The notes beneath the pieces were generated by a model that saw only the letters and a list, made by a program, of their open reading frames with translations, was not told the origin of the DNA and searched no databases. This document shows, in pieces, positions 27,275 through 41,079 of a stretch of DNA of 64,000 bases. Positions within the stretch are counted from its first letter, which is position 1. Each line of letters begins with the position of its first letter. Origin of the DNA: Eledone cirrhosa (taxonomy: Eukaryota); the NCBI GenBank assembly GCA_964016885.1, contig OZ024740.1:319796001-319860000 (forward strand), written 5' to 3'. A program made the position numbers and the translations under genes.

Positions 27275-28860
27275 CTATGCTTCTCTCCATCAAATTACAG
27301 ATCTTATGCTTCTGTCCATCAAATTACAGACCTTATGCTTCTCTCCATCAAATTACAGGCCTTGCGCTTCTCTCCATCAAATTACAAACCTTATGCTTCT
27401 CTCCATCAAATTACAGACCTTATGCTTCTCTCCATCAAATTACAGACCTTATACTTCTCTCCATCAAATTACAGACCTTATGCTTCTCTCCATCAAATTA
27501 CAGGCCTTGCGCTTCTCTCCATCAAATTACAGATCTTATGCTTCTCTCCATCAAATTACAGACCTTATGCTTCTCTCCATCAAATTACAGACCTTATGCT
27601 TCTCTCCATCAAATTACAGACCTTATGCTTCTCTCCATCAAATTACAGACCTTATGCTTCTCTCCATCAAATTACAGACCTTATGCTTCTCTCCATCAAA
27701 TTACAGACCTTATACTTCTCTCCATCAAATTACAGACCTTATGATTCTCTCCATCAAATTACAGGCCTTGCGCTTCTCTCCATCAAATTACAGATCTTAT
27801 GCTTCTCTCCATCAAATTACAGACCTTATGCTTCTCTCCATCAAATTACAGGCCTTGCGCTTCTCTCCATCAAATTACAGACCTTATGCTTCTCTCCATC
27901 AAATTACAGATCTTATGCTTCTCTCCATCAAATTACAGACCTTATGCTTCTCTACATCAAATTACAGGCCTTGCGCTTCTCTCCATCAAATTACAGACCT
28001 TATGCTTCTCTCCATCAAATTACAGACCTTATGCTTCTCTCCATTAAATTACAGACCTTATGCTTCTCTCCATCAAATTACAGACCTTATGCTTCTCTCC
28101 ATCAAATTACAGGCCTTGCGCTTCTCTCCATCAAATTACAGATCGTATGCTTCTCTCCATCAAATTACAGACCTTATGCTTCTCTCCATCAAATTACAGG
28201 CCTTGCGCTTCTCTCCATCAAATTACAGACCTTATGCTTCTCTCCATCAAATTACAGATCTTATGCTTCTCTCCATCAAATTACAGACCTTATGCTTCTC
28301 TACATCAAATTACAGGCCTTGCGCTTCTCTCCATCAAATTACAGACCTTATGCTTCTCTCCATCAAATTACAGACCTTATGCTTCTCTCCATCAAATTAC
28401 AGACCTTATGCTTCTCTCCATCAAATTACAGACCTTATGCTTCTCTCCATCAAATTACAGACCTTATGCTTCTCTCCATCAAATTACAGACCTTATGCTT
28501 CTCTCCATCAAATTACAGATCTTATGCTTCTCTCCATCAAATTACAGACCTTATGCTTCTCTCCATCAAATTACAGGCCTTGCGCTTCTCTCCATCAAAT
28601 TACAGGCCTTATGCTTCTCTCCATAAAATTACAGGCCTTGTGCTTCTCTCCATAAAATTACAGGCCTTGTGCTTCTCTCCATAAAATTACAGACCTTGCG
28701 CTTCTCTCCATCAAATTACAGGCCTTGCGCTTCTCTCCATCAAATTACAGGCCTTGTGCTTCTCTCCATAAAATTACAGGCCTTGCGCTTCTCTCCATCA
28801 AATTACAGGCCTTGCGCTTCTCTCCATCAAATTACAGGCCTTGTGCTTCTCTCCATCAAA
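27275..28860 (+). repeat. 29-bp minisatellite, about 55 units (ttctctccatcaaattacagaccttatgc)
   Basis: Exact 29-bp period from 27281 to 28847. Confidence 0.97.
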
Positions 28861-28909
28861 CCGCAAGTTTTGTGCTTAAGTTAGAAGCCATTATTATTAC
28901 ATATTCCAA

Positions 28910-29132
28910 GGGCGGTGGATTAGCAATATCGGTAGAGCGTCGAACAACATGATTTGTGATATAGAGTTACGGCTCTTTACGTTCTGTGTTCAAATCCCGT
29001 TGAGGTTAGCTTTGCTTCTCATCTTTTCGGGGTCGATAAAATAAAGTACCAGTAATGCACTGGGTTCGATTTGATTGATTTTACCCTCCTCTAAAATTGT
29101 TGGCCCTGTGCCTAAATGAGAAACCATTATTA
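28910..29132 (+). mobile_element. tRNA-derived SINE, full length
   Basis: A/B boxes, core, (ATT)n tail. Confidence 0.8.
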
Positions 29133-29159
29133 TTTCATATTTTTACATTATGACCATAA

Positions 29160-29445
29160 GATTTGCACCTAGAAAGTTCCCCTCCGAGGCACAAACCTGG
29201 GAAGTGTGTGTTTGTGGAAGACCAGTAGTCACCCATGCATATCAGTCTCCCCTCTCCACGCCACTAATGTTGTTCAAGAGAAAGGTAAAGGTCGATAGAG
29301 CTTGACACCAGTGACGTCGCAACTCATTACTACAACTGAGAGAACTGGAGCAACGTGAAATAAAATGTCTTGCTGAAGGACACAAGGCATCGCCCGGTCT
29401 AGGAATCGAACTCACAACCTCACGATTGCAAATACACTCTAACCT
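29160..29445 (-). mobile_element. CORE-like SINE, long form
   Basis: Reverse-complement homolog of 54677-54997. Confidence 0.75.
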
Positions 29446-30559
29446 ATATGTAATATAGGTGTTTGTTGTATATGCTGTGAGCATCCCGTACTTCCTAGGT
29501 TATCAAGAGCTTCATTATCTAATGCGTTTTTCTATTCTTTTAGGTTTGATTTAAAATACATATTTGCTTGCTATTTTTAACAGAGAACGTAGAGGCTCTC
29601 TCATTTGTTATGTACTAAGTTGAAGCCAAAGTCTAGCGCCGAAAATGTGGTAGTAATAAAAAATATGTTTCTACTACTATTTACTTGCTTCGTGTAATTT
29701 ACAATTGAATCGCATAAGAAGAAAACTATTCTCCATCAAATGATTAAACAACAATAGAAATAAATAATAATAAAATAATTAAAAATAGAAAGAATAAACA
29801 AAGTAGTTAGTTGAATAAACTAAATAACGTTTCCTCATGAGGAATCACTTGTCTCTAAGAATAATGTGGCTATTTTGTATTATTTTAATATTTTTATTTA
29901 AATGTTCACTAATAACATCAGATTTTTCAATTACCATTATTTGTAAGTGCAGAAATTCGGTTTTCTTTTTTCGTTAGTTTATTTGAAATTGTTAAAGTTG
30001 ACCTCTATTGAAGTTTTGCAATGAAAAAGTGTTCATCAGATGTCATATTTGTTTACATCCGGTAAATCAATAGGATTTTTATTTCGCCATTGCGATTCGC
30101 CAAGTAAATGTATTCTCGTCACGGCATATTATCGCAGGTTGTTTATTTAAAGTATCGGTTTGTTGACATATATATTTCTCAGCAATGCATATTTTCCTAT
30201 GTGTATTTGCTCAATCGATATTAAAAATATTGAATCAAGACCCGTGTATGCTTTGTACGCAATACCTACATCTGGAGTTTCTTGGTTTCATAATTCTGAT
30301 TGTCCAAACAATATTGTTGAACAACTGGAAACTTAACTTGTAACTCAAAACATTGCAAACGAATATGTGTTAAAAATAAATTTTAAAATTATCTACCACC
30401 ATCACGTTGTTCTTGGGTGTCTTTATCAGATCTTATTATATTGCAAGCATTTAGACCACCAGGTCTTTGATATGAGATTAACTTCATCCCTTCCTCACTA
30501 CAGATTCGGAGGTTCTGAAAAATAGAAATGTAATGATTCAAGAAGCTTTAGCTTATAAA

Positions 30560-30776
30560 AATTGTTTCTACATTAGACACAAGACCAGCAATTTGAAGAG
30601 AAGTGGAAAGTCGATTAAATCAACCCCAGTGTGTTACTGGTACTTTATTTTATCGACCCCGGAAGAATGAAATGCAAAGCTAACCTTGGTAGAATTTTAA
30701 CTCAGAACATAAAGGACTGTAACTCTGTGTCGCAAATAATTTTGTCCGACGCTTTAATGATTTTGTCAATCCACCA
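30560..30776 (-). mobile_element. tRNA-derived SINE (diverged)
   Basis: Family core. Confidence 0.7.
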
Positions 30777-31216
30777 AAATATGTGTGGATGGGCGTTTAT
30801 ACATAAATTATATCCAATATGTTCAATAAACACATGTTTAGTCTTACAGGGAAAATGTAACGTGGATAAATACAGCCGATATGCGATCTGAGAAGGTCCG
30901 ATTAGTTTCGTATTTCTAAATCATCACCGATGAATGCTTATTTCACTCCTTAACTACTGAAGTTAAGAAGAATAAATCTTATGATAAACGTAAATAAATA
31001 ATCACTAGTGTAAAGAGATTTACACAATTATACAACGTTGTCAACTAGGATATAACAAGTGTATCAATATAGTGTGGTTGTTTGTAAATAATTATACATA
31101 AGAAAATCACACGAGCTTCGACAGCTGATACCGTGGCGCGTCCAACTAGTTACACTTATCAAGGTTTATGTGAACGCGTGTGTCTTAAGGTTAGAGTTTT
31201 CAGTTTACGATCGGAC

Positions 31217-31497
31217 AGGAGCGGTGGAAGAATTTCTGAATTGGGGGGACCAAATTCGGTCAATTTAGTTGTAAAGATTAGTTTAGCTCTTTGCACTCTA
31301 AAATTTTCAGAAGACATCGATATGCGATAAACATAACATGTACATAAATTGTAGCGTATATACAAATAGATGTGTGTTTTGGTAGTTTGGGGAAAAAGCA
31401 TAATTATTGGGGGTGGGTGGGGGTGACGAGAGAATTTACTAGGTGGAAAAAAAGATGAATATACATGCCACACCCACCCCCAGTTCCACCGCCACTG
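31217..31497. mobile_element. MITE-like relic
   Basis: Imperfect TIRs caggagcggtggaa ... ttccaccgccactg. Confidence 0.45.
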
Positions 31498-32151
31498 GAT
31501 CGCAAGGTCATGAGTTCGATTTCCAATACTTTATTTTACGTTGCTCCAGTTCACTCAGATAGCATCCATGAGATGCGTGGATCAATTCCTAGCAAGCACC
31601 CCTATCTGTGTCTGTTTGATTTTCCGTCTCCAGAGATTATTATTTATAGTTATCGACTATTATTATTATGGTTATTTGCGTTGGGACGCACACATTTTTA
31701 AATTTCAATATTTCCCAATGCTTCTTAAGTCAACCGTGATTTACCCTACTAGCTACTGGCTTAATATGTTCGAAAAAGACGGAGCTAGCAGTCAACATCA
31801 CTTTAGCGTAGTAGGTTATCGCACTCGACCGGTTTCGTTAAAATGCGGGGTTCAATATTGTGTGGGACATTTGTCAACTTTTTTTTTTTTTTTCGTCTTC
31901 AGAGGTGCTTTACCAAATTTCTTTCAACTATTATTTATAGTGGCGGATATATTATGGTCATTTATGCAGGGCCGAACAAACACACACATATACATGTGTG
32001 TGTGTGTGTATATATATATGTATATATATATATATAAGTTAAAACAATGAAATAAAAGTTCAAGTAATTAGAAATACACTTCATAGCTTTACGATCGTTT
32101 CTAGGTGATAATAATACATCGTACGCATATTTCGTGATCGATCTATATATA

Positions 32152-32227
<76 letters not shown>

Positions 32228-32296
32228 GGCTGCAACATATATATATATATACACATATGCACAGATGTGTGTGTGCGCGTGTATGTATATATAGTG

Positions 32297-32512
32297 AAGG
32301 CGTGTGGCTGAGTGGTTAGAGAATAGGATTCGCAATCGTGAGATAGTGAGTTCGATTCCCGGATCGGGTGATGCGTTATGTCCTTGGGCAAGACACTTTA
32401 TTTCACGTTGCTCCTTCTATCTGGAGTTGCGACCGATAGATAGTACTAGCAACTGGAAAGACCAATGGAAACATTGTTTCCTCGGTCCGATTTGATGAAA
32501 GTCGATCGTTCC
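32297..32512 (+). mobile_element. CORE-like SINE
   Basis: tggctgagtggttaga A box, gagttcgattccc B box, tgtccttgggcaagacact. Confidence 0.8.
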
Positions 32513-34808
32513 TGATATATATATATATAAAACTTAATCTTCTTTAATACGACTCAGAATGTTACATTTCGGCTCGTCATGTGGTAGTGATTTACGCTAA
32601 AACATACATTTATATATATATAATTTGGTGAGGCACAAAATATTTGAAATTATGTAAGTTTATTGGTTGTTGGGAATAAGGCTTGGGAAAAAACGGTGTT
32701 ATATAAAGAGTTGCCTTGTGAAGAAAGAAAAAAAGAAAGCAAGAAAGAAAGAAAGAAAGAAAGAAAAAAGAACAGAGAAAATGACAAGAGGGGAAGAAAA
32801 ACAAAAAAAAAGTAAAATATTGAATAGAGAAGAAGTTGAAGTTTGTTATATATAGTGATGAAATGTGGAAACATTTATCAAGATAGAGTGAGCTGATGGA
32901 AAAACAATATGGAATAGTTTGTATAGTAGGAATGTCACCGTTAATTGTAAAGTATTGTATTAGCGATATATCTTTATAAAAGTTATAAAATTGTATGGAA
33001 ATTTATACTGGTTGTATAAGTTTGATGATGCGTAGGGCCTTTGGGGTAAATTAATGGTCTATATTCGTATAACGAGTGTAATAACTATAAATGAACAAAT
33101 GAAAAACGATATGGTACTTCATAATTCTTTAGTGAAAGTGAATGTCTGTGTTTGAAAAATACATTCAGTATTTCTTTACAAAATAATTTATGGATGGAGT
33201 AAATTTTCAATTTTATATTTCTTATTTTATATTTTCTATTTTTTCAGAGATGCATAATTAATTAATCTTTGATATTGGCTGCGTAGTTTCATGTGGTTAA
33301 AAAATTTCAAAGTGAAAATGTATTTGTTTATCTTTAAAGTATTAAATATATATATTCTAAATGTTGTGTTGCTGCGTCAGATTGCATTTTAGAAAGTATA
33401 TATATTTTGGTCAGCCCGCTATTTAAACATGTTAACCGTAAAACTGAAATACTTTTTTTTTAAATAATTTATTTGTGACATTTTAGCACAATAGATTATA
33501 CAGCGTTCAGAGAACAGGGACTAGGATATATGCATTTGCATGTTTGAAGTAGTAAGTTTGGATTTTTTTCGGTTAATGTTGGATATTTCGACTAAGTAAA
33601 ATAAAGTAGCTGACATTTTTATTCTAATGGCAAAAGGTTTGGGCTTCCACTATACAAATATTCACAAGGTTACTTTCCTTACTCTATGCATGATTATATA
33701 TATCCAATAAAAACCCACATAAATGTCTATACATTTGTATAACTGTCTATAAAATGTATAACCATTACACATAATATTTTTCAAATAACTTTTATATTTT
33801 TACTTCACACCATATTTCATATAATTTTATACTACCACCTATTTATCCCTCGGTTGACTCTTCTTATTGTTTCCCTACATCTGACATCAACTTTGTAAAC
33901 CATTTTTTCTCCTTGTATATTAATCATCTCCATGTTTTCTTCCTTTTCCGTTATTCAGTTTTCTTTCTCGCTGTATTCTTTCCAAACGTCACTACCCATA
34001 GGGTTTGATTTAGACCTGGAGGGAGCACTTCGCTGGTGGATCCCCCCCCCCTGATGAGGGCCCGGGTCAATTGACCCATTTGCCCCCCATTACATCTGGC
34101 TCTAACTAACCAACATCTTCTATAACGCACATGTTTATAAATAGTATTATATACTGCTAATCGAATCACGTAATAACTTTCAAATATTTTCTGACTTCTC
34201 AAGCTCTCACTACAGTCTTGCGCTGCGAGCCGGTGGGCGAATTCGATGTTGCACTAGAAAAGTTTCAGCTTATATTACTCTAAATTTCATTTACAGTATA
34301 TTTGTGTGTTTGTATGCATTAATATGCTTCCAAACACACACACACACACATATATATATATATGAAGCCATAAGCACATATACACATATATACATACACA
34401 CACTCATACACACACAGACAAATATATATATATGTATTATGTATATATATATATATGTGTGTGTGTATATGTATTTGGATATATATATATATATATATTA
34501 AATCACACAGTCGGGTGACCATCCGTCTAAGTTGTTAACGGATGGGGAGTTTGTAGAATGAGTACTTGATCAATAAAATTCATGTGAACTATAGACAACC
34601 TGAACAAAACCGTAATCTTAACAGCTGCAACAACAATAACAACAGTAAGGCAAAATGAATAATACTAACAGTAAAAAATAACATAAACAACATCAGTAAA
34701 AATACGAAATAATATTAAGTTCTTTTTAAAACTGAACGTTAAGACCGTGTTAGAGTTAGAAATAGTTTTAAAATGAAAGCAATTCGCATAAATCTTATTA
34801 TAACGTCT

Positions 34809-35119
34809 CAGAAGAAGAAGAAGAAGAAGAAGAAGAAGAAGAAGAAGAAGAAGAAGAAGAAGAAGAAGAAGAAGAAGAAGAAGAAGAAGAAGAAGAAGAA
34901 GAAGAAGAAGAAGAAGAAGAAGAAGAAGAAGAAGAAGAAGAAGAAGAAGAAGAAGAAGAAGAAGAAGAAGAAGGAGGAGGAGGAGGAGAAGAAGAAGAAG
35001 AAGAAGAAGAAGAAGAAGGAGAAGGAGGAGGAGGAGGAGGAGGAGAAGAAGAAGAAGAAGAAGAAGAAGGAGAAGGAGAAGGAGAAGGAGGAGGAGAAGA
35101 AGAAGAAGAAGAAGAAGAA

Positions 35120-35166
<47 letters not shown>

Positions 35167-35686
35167 AGAAGGAGAAGGAGGAGGAGGAGGAGGAGGAGGA
35201 GGAGGAGGAGAAGAAGAAGAAGAAGAAGAAGAAGAAGGAGAAGGAGAAGGAGAAGGAGGAGGAGAAGAAGAAGAAGAAGAAGAAGAAGAAGAAGAAGGAG
35301 AAGGAGAAGGAGGAGGAGGAGGAGGAGGAGAAGAAGAAGAAGAAGAAGAAGAAGAAGAAGAAGAAGAAGGAGAAGGAGAAGGAGGAGGAGGAGGAGGAGG
35401 AGGAGGAGGAGAAGAAGAAGAAGAAGAAGAAGAAGAAGAAGAAGAAGAAGAAGAAGAAGAAGGAGAAGGAGGAGGAGGAGAAGAAGAAGAAGAAGAAGAA
35501 GAAGGAGAAGGAGAAGGAGAAGGAGGAGGAGAAGAAGAAGAAGAAGAAGAAGAAGAAGAAGAAGGAGAAGGAGGAGGAGGAGAAGAAGAAGAAGAAGAAG
35601 AAGAAGAAGGAGAAGGAGAAGGAGGAGGAGGAGAAGAAGAAGAAGAAGAAGAAGAAGAAGAAGAAGAAGAAGAAGAAGAAGAAGAA

Positions 35687-35724
<38 letters not shown>
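34809..35724. repeat. (GAA/GAG)n purine tract ending in (GAC)n
   Basis: Direct inspection. Confidence 0.97.
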
Positions 35725-35725
<1 letters not shown>

Positions 35726-36257
35726 TTTAAACAGAATATAACTGACACACAGGAAATAATAATTTCTTTGGAACAAGATTAGGAAACGAAGTAAAGAAAA
35801 ATAAAGTATAAAAATAATGGAAAATTTAAAAACAGTATCTTATTTAAAGAATTATTTTCCTTTCTTTTTCTCTTCTTTTTTTTTCCTGTATCTTATTATT
35901 ACCTGTTTAAATTTTTTTTAATCATTAATATTTTATATTTTTATTTTATTATTTTCGAATATTAAAGTGAACGGACGTGTATGTAAGAGCTGAGTGAAAA
36001 AATTATGTTTAACAAGATACCTATGAGAAAAAAGTTGTTTTTCTTTACTTCTAGTTTTACTAACAGAAAGCTTTCGTCGGTCTGACTTAGAACCCACCCC
36101 ACTACTTGAGTTAAAGTTTGCCATTTCTTATCATTTAGTCAGATAAGGAAGGACAACGCTCATAACACTCCCGCCCTTTTTTTTTCAGATCCTTCGAATC
36201 TGTTGGGTGGAAGGGATGAAGTTATTCTCAAATTGGAGACCTAGTCTAAATACTTGC

Positions 36258-36481
36258 TACATAATGGTTTCTGATTTAGGCACAAGGCCAGCAATTTGGG
36301 AGGAGGGGAAAGTCGATTTAATCGACCCCAGTGCGTGACTGGTACTTTATTTTACCGACCCCGTAAGGATGAAAGGCAAAGTTAACCTCGGCGAGATTTG
36401 AACTCAGATCATAAAGGGCCGTAACTCTATGCTACAAAGCATGGCATCAGACCCTCTACCGATACTGCCAATCCCCGACCT
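36258..36481 (-). mobile_element. Full-length SINE inserted in an older dispersed repeat
   Basis: TSD-like taaatacttgc/taaatgcttgc; the flanks match the reverse complement of 30370-30520. Confidence 0.75.
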
Positions 36482-36697
36482 TAAATGCTTGCAACTTAAT
36501 AAGATCTGATAAAGACATCCAAGAACGACGTGGTGGTGTTAGATAATTTTAAAAAGTTTATTTTTAACCCTTTAGCATTTAAACCAGTTGTATTCGGCCA
36601 GAATTCTCTCACCTCTTTCTGTTCAAACAGTCACTCATACTAATGTCAAGGTATTGTTCTCAAAATAAATATTATCAAAATCTCGTAGATTCGATAT

Positions 36698-37085
36698 GAT
36701 TGTTTCTACTTTTGGCACAAGGCCAGCAATTACCCAATACATTACTGGTACTTTATTTTATCGATCCCGTAAAGATGAAAGGTAAAGTTGACCTCGGCGG
36801 GATTTGAACTCAGAATGGAAAGGGCCGTAACTCTATGCGTCAAAGCATGACGTCCATGAGATAATAATTTACTGCAAAAATACAATAATAAATATAGAGT
36901 AATGCAATATTTTCACTGGCGCCGGTGGATTGGTAGAATCGGTAGAGCGTTGGACAACGTGCTTTGCAGCATATAGTTACGTCCATTAGTAATATAAAGT
37001 ACCAGTAATGCACTGGGCCGGCATAATCGAATTTCCCCTCACCTTCCCTTCAAATTGGTGGCTTTGTGCGAAATTTAGAAATTGT
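36698..37085. mobile_element. Two SINE fragments in opposite orientation
   Basis: Minus copy 36698-36856; plus copy 36918-37085 with an internal deletion. Confidence 0.65.
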
Positions 37086-37278
37086 TGTCGTCGTCGTTGC
37101 TGTTGCTGCTACTACTGATGATGACGACGATGATGACGATGATGATGATGATGATGGTGATAATGATGATGATAGCGATGATGATGATAGTGGTGGTGAT
37201 GGTGATGATGATGATGATGATGATGATGGTGGTGGTGATGACGGTGGTGATGATGACGACGATTACGACGATGATAGC

Positions 37279-37330
<52 letters not shown>

Positions 37331-37670
37331 GTGGTGATGATGATGACGACGACGACGGCGATGATGATGATGATGATAATGGTGATGGTGATGGTGATGG
37401 TGTTGATGATGATGGTGATGATGATGGTGGTGATGGTGATGGTGATGGTGATGGTGATGGTGTTGATGATGGTGATGGTGGTGATGGTGATGATGGTGAG
37501 GGTGAGGATGGTGATGATGATGATGGTGATGATGATTATGGTGATGGTGGTGATGGTGAGGATGGTGATGGTGATGATGATGATAATGTAGAGGAAGAAG
37601 ATGAGGAAGAGGAGTAGAACGACGAAGGCTAGCAGGACGACGACGGCGGCGACGATGATACTACTACTGT
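37085..37670. repeat. (GAT/GGT)n compound trinucleotide repeat
   Basis: Direct inspection. Confidence 0.92.
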
Positions 37671-38247
37671 TAGATAATTGTAGGGGGGGGGGGTGTCTGT
37701 GAACTGTTCTGCTTGGTTAGACATAAGAACTGCTGAGAAATGCTTTTAAACATAGTTTGAATCAGTTTGAATCAGTTTGAACCAGTTTGAATCAGTTTGA
37801 ATCTTTCATGCATTCGGCTGTTTGTAATAAAACATACAAATATAAATCTCACAACTGATTTATCAAAAGAGGTAGAAATTAGTTAGTTAGTGAGTTATTT
37901 GGTAGAGGCGGAGGGGAGAGGGGGGTATGGGTGGGGTGAGCGGGGGTAGGGGTGGTGTAAGCGGGGGTAGGGTGGGGTGAGATGGGCTGGGTGGGGTTGG
38001 GGAGTGGGGGGCGGTGTTTGTGTGTGGGGGGAAGACATGGTGGGGAGGGGGTGGCTATGTGGGGAGAGGGGGAGGGGTAAAGAGGGTGGCGAAGATGGGA
38101 AGAGAGGGAGGGGGTAGGGGTATGGGGTGGGGGTGGAATAAAAATTGAAATTAAAGTAAAACATTAAAGACAATACACTCTTAGAAAAACGATAAAACTA
38201 GTTACATGCAAGAAAACTCAACAACGGCAAGAATATCAACCTCGTGT

Positions 38248-38611
38248 TTCCTCCTGCTCCTTCTCCTCCTCCTTCTTCTTCTTCCGCTTCCACCTTCCTT
38301 CTCTTCTTCCTCTTCCTCTTCCTCTATATTCCTCTTCATCATCTACCTTCCCCTTCTTACGCCTCCTCCTCCCCCTCTTCCTCCTCCGCCTCATGATCAT
38401 CGTCATCATCATCATCATCATCTCCCATCCTCCTCCTTTTCCTCATTACTCTTCCTCCTCCTCCTCCTCTTCCTCCTCTCCCATTCTCGTCTTCCTCCCT
38501 TCATCCTCCTCCACCTCCTCCTCCTCTACCTTATCAGCCTTGTCCTCCTTCGCTTCATCGTCGTCGTCGTTGTCGTCACCATCATCACCAGCATCATCAT
38601 CGTCATTGTCG

Positions 38612-38653
<42 letters not shown>

Positions 38654-38666
38654 CCATCATCATCAC

Positions 38667-38704
<38 letters not shown>

Positions 38705-39120
38705 CCATCATCATCAACATCACCATCGTCATCAACATCACCATCATATTCGTCATCTACATTATCATCATCATTATCATTATCATTATAATTATAATCA
38801 TCATTGTAATCATCATCGTCATCATCATTATCATCATTGGCAGTATCAGTGGAAGGTCAGACGCCATGCTTTCTAGCATAGTTACGTCCCTTTACGGTCT
38901 GAGTTCAAATCCCGCCAAGGTTAACTTTGCCTTTCATCCTTACGGGGGTGGATAAAATAAAGTACCAGTAATGTACTGAGTAATTGCTGGCCTTGTGCCA
39001 AAAGTAGAAACAATTATTATAATCATCATTATAATCATCATCACCATCATCATCACGATCATCATCATATTCGTCATCTACATTATCATCATCATTATGA
39101 TATTCGTCATCATCAATTAC
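38248..39120. repeat. (TCC)n/(ATC)n compound repeat with embedded SINE (38837-39020, +)
   Basis: Direct inspection; SINE core at 38900-39015. Confidence 0.85.
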
Positions 39121-39782
39121 ATCCTTTAGGACGAGCAGGTCTCTGGTTAAAAGCAGCCTATAAGTTGTGGTTTCATGCCACTCATATACCATCACCGCAC
39201 CTCATTCTCGTTGGCCACGCAAATGTCATGGATGATCTTTTTTTATTTTTCATTCGATTATTAAAAAACAAAATGTCTGAACACCATGATCACAACAACG
39301 ATTTCCCCCGTAACGATTGTGTCTTACCGAGTGAGCTGAGGCATAACAGCACTTGCCGGTCCATCGGGCTTTTGCAGCTGCTAAGCTGTCACGCACGTTA
39401 TAACTGCTTTGTCTAAAGATCCACGTCGGACATGTTAGAACTTGATATTTCTAGAGATAAATACAAAGTCAAACATTTAAATAAATCTTTGGAAAATACA
39501 GAAAAGATTGTTTCTAAAGTCAGATTCCAATTCGGAAAAATTGATTTTAGCAAACTGGCCAGTTAAGTTGCTTGATTGTGATCAAATTTTTCGGGTCGAA
39601 AAGAATATCGGTGGAATCTGCGCCATTGCAACGATACGAATTGACTGCGCATGTGCGAAGCAGGATGGTAATCAAGGGTTGTGAAATAAAACTATACATA
39701 CATGTATAAATGCATACATACACATATACGTACATACGCACGTACGTACGAATGTACATACATGCGTATATACACATACATA

Positions 39783-40970
39783 CTGACAGTACACATGCGG
39801 CATACACTATCACCTTGGTCTTCATTGTGATTCCTCGCCTGCACCACAGACGGTAGCTGAGTCTTCCGAATGACTCACTTGCTTTGCTAACTCGCAGACC
39901 AACTTCTGCATCCAGAGAGTACTCCCCAAATACACAAATTTGTCAGCAACCTTCACCTTTTGACATGTATGAAGGGCTCATTGAAAACTGTATCCGGAGC
40001 AGGTTGGTACATTACGACAGTCTTCTTCAGACTGATTGTTAGTCCCAAAGCACTGCAAGTATTGGAAAAAGAATCCATAAGGTGTTGCATGTCACTCTGG
40101 GAATGTGAGAAGAGATTACAATCATCTGCATTCAGAAATGCTCTGATCAAGGTACTCAGAACCATAGTGTTAGCAGTGAGACGCCTGAGGCTGAACAGCT
40201 TGCCGGAAGTGCGATATCTGAGATAGATACCGTGTTGACAATCCTTGAAGGCCATGAAGAACACCATTGTGAAATACAAGGCAAACAAAGTTGGTGCAGG
40301 TGCATCACCTTGCTTGACACTATTTTCAACCGAGATTGCCTCAGACAGTTTATCCCCAATGTTTACCCATGCCTGCATATCATCCTGGAAGAGCTTTAGG
40401 GAACAGCTCAATATCTCCTAAATAACCCACAAAGCCTTCCGATTTACAGTGTCAAATTTCTTGGTCAGATCGACAAAAACTTGATCCATCCACTGCTCAA
40501 TGCATTTCTCCTGAAGTTATTTGGCCGAGAAGATCATGTCAACAGTACCTCTGCCACTCCCAAAGCCACATTTGGACTTAGGAAGTACCTCAACAGCAAT
40601 GTGCTGTATCAATCTGTCCAACAATATCCTGCACAAGATTTTCCTAATCACAGATAGCAGTGAAATACCTCTGTAGTTGCCACAGTCATCTTTTGCTTCC
40701 TTTCCTTTGTAAAGTACCACCATCAATGCATCTTTCCAGTCCTGCAGTACATCTTCCTCATTCCAAACATTCACAAAAAGGCGGTTAAAGAAGTTATCAT
40801 CAGCACTCTTGAAGATCTCGGTGCTCAATTCAACCATTCCAGATGACCTGCCGCTGTTTAATTTGGCAATGGCCTTCGCCACCTCATCAATTGAAGGAGG
40901 ATCAGCCATTGCCATCAATTTCTTATGGTCTGTTGAGAAGCTCATCAAAGTGGTCATGTACTTGGTCGAG
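39783..40970 (-). pseudogene. RTE/BovB-like LINE reverse transcriptase fragment
   Basis: WKDALMVVLYKGK..CGNYRGISLLS, CGFGSGRGTVDMIFSA, VKQG..APTLF, NADD; stops and frameshifts. Confidence 0.88.
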
Positions 40971-41079
40971 TACACACATACATACATCCATCCATCCATA
41001 CATACATACATGCAGACATACATGCACACACACACATATATATATACATACATAAAAGCATACATACATATATACATAC

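Noticed and set aside
27205-28952. Long repetitive ORFs or a CRISPR-like array
   Set aside because: Stop-free 29-bp tandem repeat with no unique spacers, in a eukaryotic context
32297-32370. tRNA genes at SINE heads
   Set aside because: A/B boxes continue into SINE core sequence; no proper cloverleaf
32590-33950. Possible ancient minus-strand PLE relic
   Set aside because: Composition is suggestive but no protein motif or complete ribozyme could be read
34773-38955. Poly-K/E, poly-D and poly-I proteins
   Set aside because: Trinucleotide microsatellites
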